This document shows, in pieces, positions 30,973 through 43,469 of a DNA stretch of 64,000 nt. Numbering within the stretch: position 1 is the stretch's first letter; each line of letters begins with the position of its first letter. Under the pieces are notes generated by a model. That model was not told where the DNA came from, searched no databases, and saw only the letters and a program-made list of their open reading frames with translations. Source of the DNA: Collimonas fungivorans (GTDB lineage Bacteria; Pseudomonadota; Gammaproteobacteria; Burkholderiales; Burkholderiaceae_D); NCBI RefSeq assembly GCF_028292705.1, contig NZ_JAQGLV010000193.1, forward strand, positions 10,147-74,146, in the 5' to 3' direction. The position numbers were made by a program, and so were the translations under genes.

Positions 30973-32094
30973 ATGCGCGCAGCGCTAGTCGGAGTGGACT
31001 TCGGCAAAGGCGACTTTGCCGCAAGTCTGGAAGAACTGTCTTTGCTGGCCAAATCAGCCGGCGCGGTGCCTCTCGTCACCATCACCGGCAAGCGCAGCAG
31101 TCCTGACGCCGCCTTGTTTGTCGGTTCAGGCAAAGCACAGGAAATAGCCGACGCGGTATTTGATGATGAACTTGAAATAGTCATTTTCAACCACGCCTTG
31201 TCGCCAGCCCAGCAGCGCAATCTCGAACGTGTACTGAAAGTAAGAGTGCTGGATCGCACCAGCCTCATACTCGACATCTTTGCCCAAAGAGCCAAAAGCC
31301 ATGAAGGTAAAGTGCAGGTAGAGCTTGCACAGTTGCAACATCTGGCGACGCGGCTGATCCGCGGGTGGACTCACTTGGAACGGCAAAAAGGCGGTATCGG
31401 TTTGCGCGGACCGGGTGAAACCCAGCTGGAAACCGACCGCCGTTTGCTCGGCGACCGGGTCAAGGCCCTGCGCGCCAGGCTCGACAAGCTGCACCGGCAA
31501 CATGCAACGCAACGGCGCGCACGCGGGCGCAGTGCGACTATCTCGATTTCGCTGGTGGGTTACACCAACGCCGGCAAATCGACCTTGTTCAACGCGCTGG
31601 CGAAAGCCGGCGTGTATGCGGCGGATCAGCTGTTCGCTACGCTGGACACCACGTCCAGGCGGGTTTACCTGGGCGAGGCGGGCAGTGTGGTGATTTCCGA
31701 TACGGTCGGCTTCATCCGTGAGCTGCCGCATCAGCTGGTGGCCGCATTCCGGGCGACGCTGGAGGAAACCATCCATGCCGATCTGTTGCTGCATGTGGTG
31801 GATGCGGCAAGTCCGGCGCGCATGGAGCAGATCGAGCAGGTGAATCTGGTGCTGAAAGAAATCGGCGCCGACCATATTCCGCAGATTCTGGTGTGGAACA
31901 AGATAGACGCAGCGGAACTGGAGCCGGCGGTCGAACGTGATGAGTATGATAAAATTCAGCGAGTTTTTGTTAGCGCGCAAAAAGGCCAGGGGCTGGATTT
32001 ATTAAGGCAGGCCATCGCCGAATTCGTGACTGGCAATCCACCGGCAGCGGCATATTCGTTGCCGGCCGCAGAAAATACGCAGCAGCAGGTGTAG
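30973..32094 (+). CDS. hflX: GTPase HflX
   Basis: GPGETQLE, GYTNAGKS, FATLD, DTVGFI, NKID. Confidence 0.97.
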   Translation: MRAALVGVDFGKGDFAASLEELSLLAKSAGAVPLVTITGKRSSPDAALFVGSGKAQEIADAVFDDELEIVIFNHALSPAQQRNLERVLKVRVLDRTSLILDIFAQRAKSHEGKVQVELAQLQHLATRLIRGWTHLERQKGGIGLRGPGETQLETDRRLLGDRVKALRARLDKLHRQHATQRRARGRSATISISLVGYTNAGKSTLFNALAKAGVYAADQLFATLDTTSRRVYLGEAGSVVISDTVGFIRELPHQLVAAFRATLEETIHADLLLHVVDAASPARMEQIEQVNLVLKEIGADHIPQILVWNKIDAAELEPAVERDEYDKIQRVFVSAQKGQGLDLLRQAIAEFVTGNPPAAAYSLPAAENTQQQV

Positions 32095-32182
32095 AGCCAT
32101 TGTTAAGCCGTTGTTTCAAAAGTAAGCGCCTCTAACGAGCATTCCAACCTATTTGTTTTATTTACTTAAAGATAACGATCGA

Positions 32183-33481
32183 ATGCTTGGTACCTTATTC
32201 AAAAAACTTGGTGTGAAATTTTCGCTGAACGACCCGCAATGGGGCCGGAATTCGCAAAATGACAACAAGCAAAACAATGACGGCAAAAAGCCGAATAACG
32301 GCGGCCCGCCGGATTTGGACAAGCTGTGGCAGGACTTCAACCAGCGCCTGGCGCGCCTGCTGGGCAATAAAAACGGCGGTGGCGGCGATTCCAGCGGCGG
32401 CGGCTTCAATCCGGGCATGAAAGGCGCCGGTGTCGGCGTCGGCGCGATTGCGGCCGTGGTGGCCTTGCTGTGGCTGGCCAGCGGTTTCTTCACCGTGCAG
32501 GAAGGCCAGACCGGCGTTGTCATGACATTCGGCAAGTACAGCCATTCCACCACCCCAGGTTTCAACTGGCGCTGGCCTTACCCGATCCAGAGCCATGAGA
32601 TCGTCAATGTTTCCCAGGTGCGTACGGTCGAAGTCGGCTATCGCGCCAACGCCAAGAACAAGCAGCCGAAAGAAGCCCTGATGCTGACCGATGATGAAAA
32701 CATCATCGATATCCAGTTCGCCGTCCAGTACACGCTGAAGAGCGCGTCGGACTGGGTCTTCAACGTCCGCGATCCGGAGGAAACCGTGCGCCAGGTGGCG
32801 GAAACCTCGGTTCGCGAGGTAGTCGGCAGGAACAAGATGGACTTCGTGCTGTATGAAGGCCGCGAAAAAGTGGCGCTCGACACCAGCCAGCTGATGCAGC
32901 AGATCCTGGATCGCTATAAGGTCGGCGTGCAGATCACCAACGTCACGATGCAGGGCGTGCAGCCGCCGGAACAGGTGCAGGCAGCGTTCGACGACGCGGT
33001 AAAGGCAGGCCAGGACCGCGAGCGCCAGAAAAACGAAGGCCAGGCTTACGCCAACGATGTGATTCCAAAGGCACGCGGCGCGGCTTCGCGCCTGCTGCAG
33101 GAAGCGGAAGCATACAGCGCCCGCGTCACCGCCAATGCCGAGGGCGATGCCTCGCGCTTCAAGCAAGTGCTGACCGAGTACCAGAAGGCACCGGGCGTGA
33201 CGCGCGACCGGATGTACCTGGATACCATGCAACAGATTTTTGCGAATACGACAAAAGTAATGGTTGATGCTAAAAGCGGGAGTAATTTATTGTATTTGCC
33301 ATTGGATAAGCTGATTTCGCAATCGGTGGCCAGCGCCGTACCGGGCGCGGCGGCAAGCAGCGCCGGGACCAGCGCATCGTCATCGACGATGAAGGATGGC
33401 GCCAGCACGGTCGAAACGCGGCCGCAGCCGGATGACCGTTCGCGCGACAGCCGCGACTCGCGTGATCGGGAGGGCAGATAA
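32183..33481 (+). CDS. hflK: FtsH protease modulator HflK
   Basis: GPPDLDKLW N-terminus, SPFH domain, YLPLDK. Start uncertain (32153 or 32183). Confidence 0.95.
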   Translation: MLGTLFKKLGVKFSLNDPQWGRNSQNDNKQNNDGKKPNNGGPPDLDKLWQDFNQRLARLLGNKNGGGGDSSGGGFNPGMKGAGVGVGAIAAVVALLWLASGFFTVQEGQTGVVMTFGKYSHSTTPGFNWRWPYPIQSHEIVNVSQVRTVEVGYRANAKNKQPKEALMLTDDENIIDIQFAVQYTLKSASDWVFNVRDPEETVRQVAETSVREVVGRNKMDFVLYEGREKVALDTSQLMQQILDRYKVGVQITNVTMQGVQPPEQVQAAFDDAVKAGQDRERQKNEGQAYANDVIPKARGAASRLLQEAEAYSARVTANAEGDASRFKQVLTEYQKAPGVTRDRMYLDTMQQIFANTTKVMVDAKSGSNLLYLPLDKLISQSVASAVPGAAASSAGTSASSSTMKDGASTVETRPQPDDRSRDSRDSRDREGR

Positions 33482-34377
33482 TGAATCGCCTTATCTCCCT
33501 GCTGATATTCGTATTCGCCGCGTTGTGGCTGGTGTTTTCGACCATCTTCGTGGTCGACCAGCGCCAGTACGCGATCCTGTTCGCCTTCGGCGAAGTGAAG
33601 CAGGTGATCAACCAGCCTGGCTTGCATTTCAAGCTGCCGCCGCCGTTCCAGAACGTGCTGTTCCTCGATAAGCGCATCCTCACCATCGATCCGCCGGATA
33701 CCGACCGTTTCATCACGGCGGAAAAGATGAACATCCTGATCGACGCCTTTGTGAAATGGCGGATTACCGATCCGAAACTGTATTTCGTCAGCTTCGGCGG
33801 CGATGAAAAACGCGCCCAGGACCGCATGTCGCAAATCGTCAAGGCGGCCTTGAACGATGAAATCACCAAGCGCACGGTGCGCGAAGTGATCTCCGGCCAG
33901 CGCGGCAAGGTGATGGATTCGATCCGCAGCAAAGTGGCGGAAGAGTCGAAGCAGATCGGCGTCGACATCATCGATGTGCGCCTCAAGCGGGTTGACTACG
34001 TCGACCAGATCAATGCTTCGGTGTACGACCGCATGAAGTCCGAGCGCCTGCGGGTCGCCAATGAATTGCGTTCGACCGGTTCCGCGGATTCGGAAAAGAT
34101 CCGCGCCGACGCCGACAAGCAGCGTACCGTGATCCTGGCGGAAGCTTATCGCGATGCGGAAAAGATGCGCGGCGAGGGCGATGCCAAGGCTTCGCAGATT
34201 TATGCCCAGGCATTCGGCCAGAATCCGGAATTCTACAAGTTCTACCGTAGCCTTGAAGCTTACCGCGCCAGCTTCAAGACCCGCCAGGACCTGATGGTGA
34301 TTGATCCGAACTCGGAATTCTTTAAATATTTCCGTAGTCCGGCCGGCGGCGGGGCGGCAGCGCCTGCAAAAAAATAG
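33481..34377 (+). CDS. hflC: FtsH protease modulator HflC
   Basis: SPFH domain, PGLHFK, FYRSLEAY, SEFFKYF. Confidence 0.95.
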   Translation: MNRLISLLIFVFAALWLVFSTIFVVDQRQYAILFAFGEVKQVINQPGLHFKLPPPFQNVLFLDKRILTIDPPDTDRFITAEKMNILIDAFVKWRITDPKLYFVSFGGDEKRAQDRMSQIVKAALNDEITKRTVREVISGQRGKVMDSIRSKVAEESKQIGVDIIDVRLKRVDYVDQINASVYDRMKSERLRVANELRSTGSADSEKIRADADKQRTVILAEAYRDAEKMRGEGDAKASQIYAQAFGQNPEFYKFYRSLEAYRASFKTRQDLMVIDPNSEFFKYFRSPAGGGAAAPAKK

Positions 34378-34405
34378 GCCTTTTGCTGAGGGGCTGAATT
34401 ATCCG

Positions 34406-34444
34406 GGAATGGCGCCCTCGCTAGCGGCGCCATTCCTTATTTTC
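34406..34444 (+). terminator. Hairpin/terminator after hflC
   Basis: GGAATGGCGCC-9 nt-GGCGCCATTCC followed by TTATTTTC. Confidence 0.7.
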
Positions 34445-34540
34445 GACGGCCGTATATGGCCATTGTCGTATTGATAACCGAGCCCCAGCATTTAGCCGAA
34501 TTGATCCACAAAAGTAATTTTCCCTAGATTCATTTTTCCT

Positions 34541-35689
34541 ATGCCGAATTGGCTTCTCCCTGAAAACATCGCCGACGTCTTGCCGTCCGAAGCGCGCAAG
34601 ATCGAAGACCTGCGTCGCCTGATACTGGATAATTTCCGCCTGTACGGCTATGAGCTGGTCATGCCGCCCATGCTGGAATACCTGGAATCGCTGCTGGCCG
34701 GCGCCGGCCAGGATACCGACCTGCGCACCTTCAAGCTGGTCGACCAGCTGTCCGGCCGCACCCTCGGCATCCGCGCCGACATGACCACCCAGGTAGCGCG
34801 CATCGACGCCCATCTGCTGAACCGCGAGTCGGTCACCCGCCTGTGTTACGTCGGCAGCGTCCTGCATACCCGCCAGATCGGCTTGCACGCCACCCGCGAG
34901 CCGTTGCAGATCGGCGCCGAGATCTATGGGCACCTGGGGCTGGAAGCCGATGCCGAGATCCAGGAACTGGCGCTGGCGACCCTGGCCTTGGCCGGGATCG
35001 CCCAGGTACGCCTGGATTTGTGCCATGTTGGCATTTTGCGCACGATTATCGGAGGCGACGACGCCGCCAAGCTGGATGAAACCGAGCTGGTCGCCTTGCT
35101 GGAAGCCAAGGATGTGCCTGGCTTGCGCACCATCAGCGTCGATTACAAGCCGGACACCCGGGCCGCCTTGCTGGCCTTGCCGGGCCTGTATGGCGACGCC
35201 AGCGTCTTGCAGCAGGCGCGGCAGGTGCTGCCGGCGCTGCCGGCCATCGCCAAGGCCCTGGACGAGCTGGAAACTTTGGCGGTAGCAGCCGGGAAAGATT
35301 GCGTTACGGTCGATTTAGCCGATTTACGCGGGTATCATTACGAAAGTGGGCTGATTTTCGCCGCTTACGTGCCCGGCCTGCCGAATGCGATACTGCGCGG
35401 CGGTCGTTACGACGTCGGCGCGGCGTTCGGCCGTTCGCGTCCGGCCACCGGTTTTTCGATGGATTTGCGAGAGCTGGCAAGACTGATTCCGGTAGCAACC
35501 CGCAAGCGCGCGATCCATGCGCCTTGGGGAATTGAGGCAGGTTTGAAGGAAAAGATCGTTGAATTGCGCAAGGCTGGGGAAGTTGTGATCCAGAGTCTGC
35601 CCGGCCATGAAAACGATCAAGACGAGTTCGATTGCGACCGCGCGGTTGTACTCGAAAATGGAAACTGGATTATCAAAAATTTGGACTAA
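34541..35689 (+). CDS. hisZ: ATP phosphoribosyltransferase regulatory subunit
   Basis: [35 protein letters not shown]; precedes purA. Confidence 0.95.
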   Translation: MPNWLLPENIADVLPSEARKIEDLRRLILDNFRLYGYELVMPPMLEYLESLLAGAGQDTDLRTFKLVDQLSGRTLGIRADMTTQVARIDAHLLNRESVTRLCYVGSVLHTRQIGLHATREPLQIGAEIYGHLGLEADAEIQELALATLALAGIAQVRLDLCHVGILRTIIGGDDAAKLDETELVALLEAKDVPGLRTISVDYKPDTRAALLALPGLYGDASVLQQARQVLPALPAIAKALDELETLAVAAGKDCVTVDLADLRGYHYESGLIFAAYVPGLPNAILRGGRYDVGAAFGRSRPATGFSMDLRELARLIPVATRKRAIHAPWGIEAGLKEKIVELRKAGEVVIQSLPGHENDQDEFDCDRAVVLENGNWIIKNLD

Positions 35690-37006
<1,317 letters not shown>

Positions 37007-37013
37007 AAGCAAT

Positions 37014-37550
37014 ATGAACAAATCAGATGATAAAGACCTGTGGGTCTCGTGGGATGAATATCACCGCATAATTGAAAAACTGGTATTGAACGTGCACGCC
37101 TCCGGCTGGCAGTTTGACCAGGTCTTGTGCCTGGCGCGCGGCGGCTTGCGCCCGGGCGACGTGTTTTCGCGCATTTTCGACGTGCCGCTGGCGATCCTGT
37201 CGACCAGTTCTTACCGCGAAGATGCCGGCACGGTGCGCAGCGAACTCGACATCGGCAAGCACATCACCATGAGCCGCGGCGCCTTGTCGGGCCGGGTGCT
37301 GGTGGTGGATGACCTGGTCGATTCGGGCGTGACGCTGGACAAGGTCCTGCATCACCTGAAGGAAAACTACGCTCCGGTGACCGAGGTGAAATCGGCAGTG
37401 ATCTGGTGGAAGGCATGTTCTTCGCTGAAACCGGATTTTTACGTCGATTACCTGCCGACCAATCCGTGGATCCACCAGCCTTTCGAAGAATACGACAGCC
37501 TGCGTCCGCACCAGCTGGAAGCCTGGAGCAAAAAGGGCGTATCGAGATAA
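37014..37550 (+). CDS. Purine phosphoribosyltransferase family protein
   Basis: LARGG and VLVVDDLVDSGVT PRPP-binding motif. Confidence 0.9.
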   Translation: MNKSDDKDLWVSWDEYHRIIEKLVLNVHASGWQFDQVLCLARGGLRPGDVFSRIFDVPLAILSTSSYREDAGTVRSELDIGKHITMSRGALSGRVLVVDDLVDSGVTLDKVLHHLKENYAPVTEVKSAVIWWKACSSLKPDFYVDYLPTNPWIHQPFEEYDSLRPHQLEAWSKKGVSR

Positions 37551-37565
37551 TCGAGCGTGCTGAAC

Positions 37566-37600
37566 AAAAAGCCCCGTTGCTTATACAACGGGGCTTTTTT
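37566..37600. terminator. Bidirectional intrinsic terminator
   Basis: AAAAA-GCCCCGTTG-CTTATA-CAACGGGGC-TTTTTT between convergent genes. Confidence 0.9.
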
Positions 37601-37604
37601 ACGC

Positions 37605-38819
37605 CTATGCCTGTTGTTCCAGGCTGACCCAGCTGGAATCCTGCGCGTGGCTGCGCAGCACGGCTTCAATGAATTCCATGCCTTGCACGCCATCCTTGAC
37701 CGTGGTCAGGAATCGGCTATGGCCAGGAATGGGCCGGCCATCGTTGAGCGCGGCAATCTGCTGGGCGGCGTCGACATAGAGCTGGGCAAACGCTTCCAGG
37801 TAGCCTTCCGGATGACCGGCCGGGACCCGGGTAGCGTGTGCCGCTGCCTGGCCCTGCACGCGGCCGCGCGTGAGGCATTGTGCCTGGCCGCCTTGCGGTG
37901 TGAACCACAGCTGGTTCGGATTCTCCTGGTCGAACGCCAGGCTGGCCTTGCTGCCGTACAGGCGCAGCCGCAGCGCGTTTTCGCAGCCGGTGGCGACCTG
38001 GCTGGCCCACAGCGTGCCGCGGGCGCCGTTGGCGTAGCGCAGCATCACTTGCACATGGTCGTCGACCAGGCGGCCCGGCACGAAAGTATGCAGCTCGGCC
38101 AGCAGTTGCTCCGGGGTCGCGCCGCTGACGTATTGCGCCAGCTGGTAAGCATGGCTGCCGACGTCGCCGAGGGTGCCTGCCGGGCCGTTGCGGGCCGGAT
38201 CGGAGCGCCAGCCGAGCGCCGCCGGATCTTGCGTGCCGTCGTTGGCAGCGGCCATGGCGGCGGGTATTTCGTCGGCCAGCCAGTCCTGGGAATACTCTAC
38301 TTGCAGCAAGCGCAATTCACCGAGCGCGCCGGATTCAACCAGCTCCTTGGCATGGCGCACCATCGGATAGCCGGTATAGGTATGGGTGAGGGCGAACACC
38401 AGGTTCTTGCGTTGCGCCAGGGCCGCCAGCGCTTGCGCCTCTTGCAGCGAGACGGCGAGCGGCTTGTCGCAGATGACATGGATGCCGGCTTCCAGGAAAG
38501 CGGTGGCGACAGGCGCGTGCAGGTAGTTGGGGGTGACGATAGCCACTACGTCGATGCCGTCCGGGCGGGCCGCTTCGCGCCGCGCCATGTCGCGATAATC
38601 GGAATAGCTGCGGCTGCGGTCCAGGCGTATCGCGGCAGCGCTGGACGCTGCCCGCAGCGGGTTGCCGGACAGCGCTCCCGCTACCAGTTCGTAGTGATCG
38701 TCGAGCCGCGCAGCCATGCGGTGCACGGCGCCGATGAAAGCGCCGTCGCCGCCGCCCACCATGCCCAAGCGCAAACGCCGCGGCAGCCTGGTTTCCTGTT
38801 TGCCGTGATTGATGCCCAT
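37605..38819 (-). CDS. Gfo/Idh/MocA family oxidoreductase
   Basis: LGMVGGG..AFIGAVH, IVTPNYLH, ICDKP, GDVGSH, GHPEGY. Confidence 0.92.
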   Translation of the reverse strand: MGINHGKQETRLPRRLRLGMVGGGDGAFIGAVHRMAARLDDHYELVAGALSGNPLRAASSAAAIRLDRSRSYSDYRDMARREAARPDGIDVVAIVTPNYLHAPVATAFLEAGIHVICDKPLAVSLQEAQALAALAQRKNLVFALTHTYTGYPMVRHAKELVESGALGELRLLQVEYSQDWLADEIPAAMAAANDGTQDPAALGWRSDPARNGPAGTLGDVGSHAYQLAQYVSGATPEQLLAELHTFVPGRLVDDHVQVMLRYANGARGTLWASQVATGCENALRLRLYGSKASLAFDQENPNQLWFTPQGGQAQCLTRGRVQGQAAAHATRVPAGHPEGYLEAFAQLYVDAAQQIAALNDGRPIPGHSRFLTTVKDGVQGMEFIEAVLRSHAQDSSWVSLEQQA

Positions 38820-38821
38820 GT

Positions 38822-39874
38822 CTAGTCCAATCCTAATATTTGTGCAATCTGCGCCGTTTGCACCTGGCCACCGGCAAAATCGTCGAAGGCGCGTTCACTG
38901 ACGCGGATGATGTGGCGGCGGATGAATTCCGCGCCCTCGGCGGCGCCGTCTTCCGGGTGTTTCAGCGCGCATTCCCATTCCAGCACGGCCCAGCCGGGGA
39001 AGTCGTACTGCGCCATCTTGGAAAAAATGGCCTTGAAATCGATCTGGCCGTCGCCCAGCGAACGGAAGCGTCCAGCGCGTTCCTGCCAGTCGGAAAATCC
39101 GCCGTAGACGCCTTGCCGGCCGTTAGGGCGGAACTCGGCGTCCTTGACGTGGAAGGCTTTGATGCGCCGGTGGTAGATGTCGATGAACGCCAGGTAATCC
39201 AGCTGCTGCAGCAGGAAATGACTGGGGTCGTACAAGATGTTGGCGCGCGGATGGTGATCGACCGCTTCGAGGAAGCGGTCGAAAGTGACGCCGTCATGCA
39301 GGTCTTCGCCGGGATGCAGTTCATAACAAAGATCGACGCCGGCGTCGTCAAAAGCGTCGAGCACAGGACGCCAGCGCCGCGCCAGTTCGGCGAACGCGGT
39401 TTTCACCAGTCCGGCCGGACGCTGTGGCCAGGGATACAGGTAGGGCCAGGCCAGCGCGCCGGAAAAAGTGACGTGCGCGCGCAGGCCCAGGCGGCGCGAG
39501 GCGATGGCTGCGCAGTGCAGCTGGTCCTCGGCCCAGGCAGTACGCGCAACCGCATTGCCGCGCAGCGCCGGCGGCGCAAAGCCGTCGAACAGCACGTCGT
39601 AGGCCGGATGCACTGCCAGCAGCTGGCCCTGCAAGTGGGTCGACAGTTCGCTAACCTGCAAGCCGTACCCGGCCAGCATGCCGGCGATGTCGTCGCAATA
39701 AGTCTGGCTTTGCGCCGCCAGTTCGAGGTCGAACAGGCGCGCATCGGTAGGCAGCTGCAGCGCCTTGTAACCCAGCGCGGAAGCCCACCTGGCCAGGTTT
39801 TCCAGGGTGTCGAACGGCGCCTTGTCGCCCATGTACTGGGCCAGAAACAGGGCCGGACCTAGTATCGTTTTCAC
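38822..39874 (-). CDS. Sugar phosphate isomerase/epimerase (xylose isomerase-like TIM barrel)
   Basis: Metal ligands in ELHPGE, DPSH, FHVKD and LEWEC. GTG start after AAAGGA. Confidence 0.88.
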   Translation of the reverse strand: MKTILGPALFLAQYMGDKAPFDTLENLARWASALGYKALQLPTDARLFDLELAAQSQTYCDDIAGMLAGYGLQVSELSTHLQGQLLAVHPAYDVLFDGFAPPALRGNAVARTAWAEDQLHCAAIASRRLGLRAHVTFSGALAWPYLYPWPQRPAGLVKTAFAELARRWRPVLDAFDDAGVDLCYELHPGEDLHDGVTFDRFLEAVDHHPRANILYDPSHFLLQQLDYLAFIDIYHRRIKAFHVKDAEFRPNGRQGVYGGFSDWQERAGRFRSLGDGQIDFKAIFSKMAQYDFPGWAVLEWECALKHPEDGAAEGAEFIRRHIIRVSERAFDDFAGGQVQTAQIAQILGLD

Positions 39875-39936
39875 GGTGCAATCCTTTCGTGCAGAGCAAC
39901 CGCGCCGTCGAAGCAGCGCAGTTGTGCAGTTGCGCA

Positions 39937-40914
39937 TTAAAACGGCGAATCAGGGAAATAGAACTGCTTGGCGTTCTGGTTGGTGATCAGGACCGACGGG
40001 ATGATGGTGGTCGCCGGCAGTTTTTCACCCTTGAGGCGGGCTTCGGCAGTCATCTTGATGGCGTCGTAGATGAATTTCGGCGAATACGATACGTCGGCCT
40101 TGATCATCTTGTCGCCGTCGATGATTTTCTTGACGGCTCCCTTGGCGCCGGCGCCGCCGAAAATCTCTTTGATGTCGCTGCGCTTGGCCTGGTCGATGGC
40201 TTTCTGCACACCGACCGCCATATCGTCATCCGCCGCCCAGACCGCGTCGATCTGGCGGAAGCGCGTCAGGTAGTCCTGCATCACCTTGAAGGCGTCGTCG
40301 CGGTTCCAGTTGCCGTACTTGGCGTCGAGGATCTTGATGTCCGGATGGCCTTTCATGACGGCGCTGAAAGCATCGAAACGTTCGTTATCGAGGGTGGTCG
40401 GGATGCCGCGCAAGACCACGATGTTGCCCTTGCCGTTGAGCTGCTTCGCCAGATACTCGGCCGGCAGCTTGCCGAAGGCGGTATTGTCGCCGGCGACATA
40501 GGCGTCCTGGGCGGCGGTATTGGTCAGCCCGCGGTCAACCACCGTGACATACACGCCCTTGCTCTTGACCTGCATCACCGGCTGGGTAAGCGCAGCCGAT
40601 TCCAGCGGGAAGATCACCAGCGCATTGATCTTGTTGACGGTCAGCATGTCTTGCAGCTGGTTGGCTTGCTCCGAAGCGGCGGCCGATGTCTTGACGATGA
40701 TTTTCAGGTCGGGATGGGCTTTTTCCAGTTCTTTCTTGGCCTCGTTGGCCCACCACACGATGCCCGCGGTGAAACTGTGGGTAGCGGTAGGAATGGCGAC
40801 GCCGAGCGTCACTTTTTCGGCGGCGTGGACGGGCAGGGCGGCGCCGTACGCAAATACGGCCAGGGCGGCAGCCGGCAACAAGCCGCGGCTAAAAATACGA
40901 TGGATCGAATGCAT
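39937..40914 (-). CDS. Sugar ABC transporter substrate-binding protein (RbsB/CUT2-like)
   Basis: Signal peptide, VDRG, AGDN, DDDMAVG; GGAGG SD before 40914. Confidence 0.9.
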   Translation of the reverse strand: MHSIHRIFSRGLLPAAALAVFAYGAALPVHAAEKVTLGVAIPTATHSFTAGIVWWANEAKKELEKAHPDLKIIVKTSAAASEQANQLQDMLTVNKINALVIFPLESAALTQPVMQVKSKGVYVTVVDRGLTNTAAQDAYVAGDNTAFGKLPAEYLAKQLNGKGNIVVLRGIPTTLDNERFDAFSAVMKGHPDIKILDAKYGNWNRDDAFKVMQDYLTRFRQIDAVWAADDDMAVGVQKAIDQAKRSDIKEIFGGAGAKGAVKKIIDGDKMIKADVSYSPKFIYDAIKMTAEARLKGEKLPATTIIPSVLITNQNAKQFYFPDSPF

Positions 40915-40995
40915 GGTATCTCCTCCAGTTGGTGGTGCCGCTATCGGCATCCGGTTTTGAAACTACAAACGACATTGCGCTGCCGGCAGGAACCC

Positions 40996-42000
40996 TTAAT
41001 GCCGGCCGCGCTGGAAATAAGCGACTGCGATGATGACGACGCCTTGCACTGCTGCATTCAGGTACACGCTGATGATGCTGGTCAGGTTAAGGATGTTGCT
41101 GATCACGGACAGCAGGATCGCGCCCACCACGGTGCCGACGATGCGGCCGGAACCGCCCTTGAGCGCGGTGCCGCCCACCACCACGGCGGCAATCGCTTCC
41201 AGTTCCCACAGCAGGCCGGTGGTCGGCGAGGCCGAGCCCAGGCGCGGCACGTACAGCACGGTGGCGATGCCGACGCATACGCCGAGCAGCATGTAGGTGC
41301 AGGTCTTGACGAAATCGACCCGGATGGCGGCGTAGCGGGCCACCTGTTCATTCGAGCCGATCGCCTGCACGTGGCGGCCGAAAGCGGTGCGATTCAGGAT
41401 CAGCGCGCCGCCCAGCGCCACCGCCAGGAACACCCAGATCGGGATGGGGATGCCCAGCAGGTTGGTGTAGTAGACCGGGCTGTACAGGTCGGACAGCTGG
41501 TTGTCCAGCGTCAACGCGCCGCCGTCCGCCAGGTAGGTCAGCACCGAGCGGAAGATGCCCAGTGTGCCCAGCGTGACGATGAATGCTTCGATCTTGCCTT
41601 TGGTGATCAGCAAACCGTGCAGCAGGCCGAAGATCAGGCCCAGCAGCAGCGCCATCGCGATGCCGGTCACGACGATGGTCAGCGGCCCGAGCGTGCCTGC
41701 GCTCATCAGCATGTTCATGAAATAAATCATGCTGCCGGCAATCAGCGCGGCCATGGAACCGACCGAGAGGTCGATGCCGCCTGAAATGATGACAAACGTC
41801 ATGCCGACCGCGATGATGCCGATGAAAGCGGTGCGGGTCAGCACGTTCATCAGGTTGTCGACGGTGGCGAAATCGCCGTTGAGCAAGGTGCCGGCGATGC
41901 ACAGGCCGGCCAGCCCGAGCACCGGGCCGAGGCCCTTCAGGTGATTGAGGTACTGGAAAAACCGGGCGGATGCGCGGGAATCAACGGGTGCCGGTAGCAT
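40996..42000 (-). CDS. Sugar ABC transporter permease (RbsC-like)
   Basis: [27 protein letters not shown]. Confidence 0.93.
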   Translation of the reverse strand: MLPAPVDSRASARFFQYLNHLKGLGPVLGLAGLCIAGTLLNGDFATVDNLMNVLTRTAFIGIIAVGMTFVIISGGIDLSVGSMAALIAGSMIYFMNMLMSAGTLGPLTIVVTGIAMALLLGLIFGLLHGLLITKGKIEAFIVTLGTLGIFRSVLTYLADGGALTLDNQLSDLYSPVYYTNLLGIPIPIWVFLAVALGGALILNRTAFGRHVQAIGSNEQVARYAAIRVDFVKTCTYMLLGVCVGIATVLYVPRLGSASPTTGLLWELEAIAAVVVGGTALKGGSGRIVGTVVGAILLSVISNILNLTSIISVYLNAAVQGVVIIAVAYFQRGRH

Positions 42001-43468
42001 GGGAAATCAACTCCTCTTCGGTCAGCTGGTTGCTGGCCAGCGTGGTTTGCAGGACGCCCGCACGCATGACGGCGACGCGATGGCACAGGCCGATCAGTTC
42101 GATCAGTTCGGATGAAATGACGATCACCGCCCGGCCTTCGGCGGCCAGGCGCTGGATCAGGAAATAGATATCGCGCTTGGCGCCGACATCGACGCCGCGG
42201 GTCGGCTCGTCCAGGATGACCACGCGCGGATCGGCATGCAGGTATTTGGCCAGCGCCAGCTTTTGCTGGTTGCCGCCGGACAGCATGCGCGCCTTCACCT
42301 GCGGATTGCCGGCGCGGATGTTGAAATCCTGGATGGCGCGGGCGAGCGCCTGTTTTTCAGCCTGCAGGTCGAGCAGGGGGTGGCTGTAGCGCTCCAGCGT
42401 CATCAGGGTCAGGTTTTCGCGCAGGCCGAGATCGACGTGCAAGCCTTTGCCTTTACGGTCTTCGCTCAGGTAAGTCAGGCCGTGCTGCATGGCTTGCCGC
42501 GGGCTGCGCAGGTCGAGTTGTTTGCCGCCGATGGCGATCCGGCCGCCGCTGCGCGGACGCAGGCCGATCAGCGCTTCCATGGCTTCGGTGCGGCCGGCGC
42601 CGACCAGTCCGGCAAAGCCGAGGATTTCACCGGCGCGCACTTCAAAACCGAGGTCCGGGATCCAGCCCGGCACCGCCAGGTTTTCGACCTTGAGCAGCAC
42701 CGGCGCATCGGCCGCCGGCATCAGCTTGGGCGGGAACATGTCCGACACATCGCGTCCCACCATCAGGTTCGCCATCTGATGGCGGTCCAGGCTGGCGGTC
42801 GGCTCGCGGGTGATGAAACGGCCGTCACGCATGATGATGACTTCATCCGTATGATTCTCGATTTCATCCAGCTTGTGCGAGATGTAAATGATGGTGACGC
42901 CTTGCTGCTTGAGCTGCGCCATCAAGGCAAACAGCCTTTGCGTCTCGCTTGATGTCAGGGTCGCGCTGGGTTCGTCCATGATCAGCAGGCGCGCCTTGCG
43001 CGACAAGGCCTTGGCAATTTCCACCAGCTGTTTTTCGGCGACGATCAGGGCGCTGACCTTGGTGTCCGGGCTCAGGTCGAGGCCGACCTGGGCCAGGCAG
43101 GCCGCCGCTTCGCTGCGCATGGCGGCGTCATCCAGCAGCCAGCCCTTGCGTTTTTCATGGCCGAGGAAAATGTTCTGGGCGATGGTCAGGTGCTCGGCCA
43201 GGTTGAATTCCTGGTGGATCAGCACAATGCCGCAAGCCTCGGCCTGGCGCGAACCGGTGAAATGGCGGCTTTCGCCGTCAATCGTCAGCTCGCCTTCGGT
43301 GATGCTTTCATAACCGGCCAGTATTTTCATCAGGGTCGATTTGCCGGCGCCGTTTTCGCCCAGCAAGCCGTAGACCCGGCCCAGTTCAAGGTCGAAGCTG
43401 ACACCGTGCAGCACACGCACTGCGCCAAAATCCTTGCGGATATTCTCGAAGCGGACGGCGACGCTCAT
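41981..43468 (-). CDS. Sugar ABC transporter ATP-binding protein (double NBD)
   Basis: [28 protein letters not shown]. Confidence 0.95.
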   Translation of the reverse strand: MSVAVRFENIRKDFGAVRVLHGVSFDLELGRVYGLLGENGAGKSTLMKILAGYESITEGELTIDGESRHFTGSRQAEACGIVLIHQEFNLAEHLTIAQNIFLGHEKRKGWLLDDAAMRSEAAACLAQVGLDLSPDTKVSALIVAEKQLVEIAKALSRKARLLIMDEPSATLTSSETQRLFALMAQLKQQGVTIIYISHKLDEIENHTDEVIIMRDGRFITREPTASLDRHQMANLMVGRDVSDMFPPKLMPAADAPVLLKVENLAVPGWIPDLGFEVRAGEILGFAGLVGAGRTEAMEALIGLRPRSGGRIAIGGKQLDLRSPRQAMQHGLTYLSEDRKGKGLHVDLGLRENLTLMTLERYSHPLLDLQAEKQALARAIQDFNIRAGNPQVKARMLSGGNQQKLALAKYLHADPRVVILDEPTRGVDVGAKRDIYFLIQRLAAEGRAVIVISSELIELIGLCHRVAVMRAGVLQTTLASNQLTEEELISHATGTR

Positions 43469-43469
43469 C

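Noticed and set aside
34378-34540. Possible DUF2065/yjeT small gene between hflC and hisZ
   Set aside because: The gap is only 163 bp, holds a hairpin and has no suitable hydrophobic ORF; the gene is simply absent here.
39889-41784. 631-aa plus-strand ORF and similar antisense ORFs (e.g. 35696-37021, 24650-25867, 12209-13420)
   Set aside because: Frame-locked antisense mirrors of well-supported genes.
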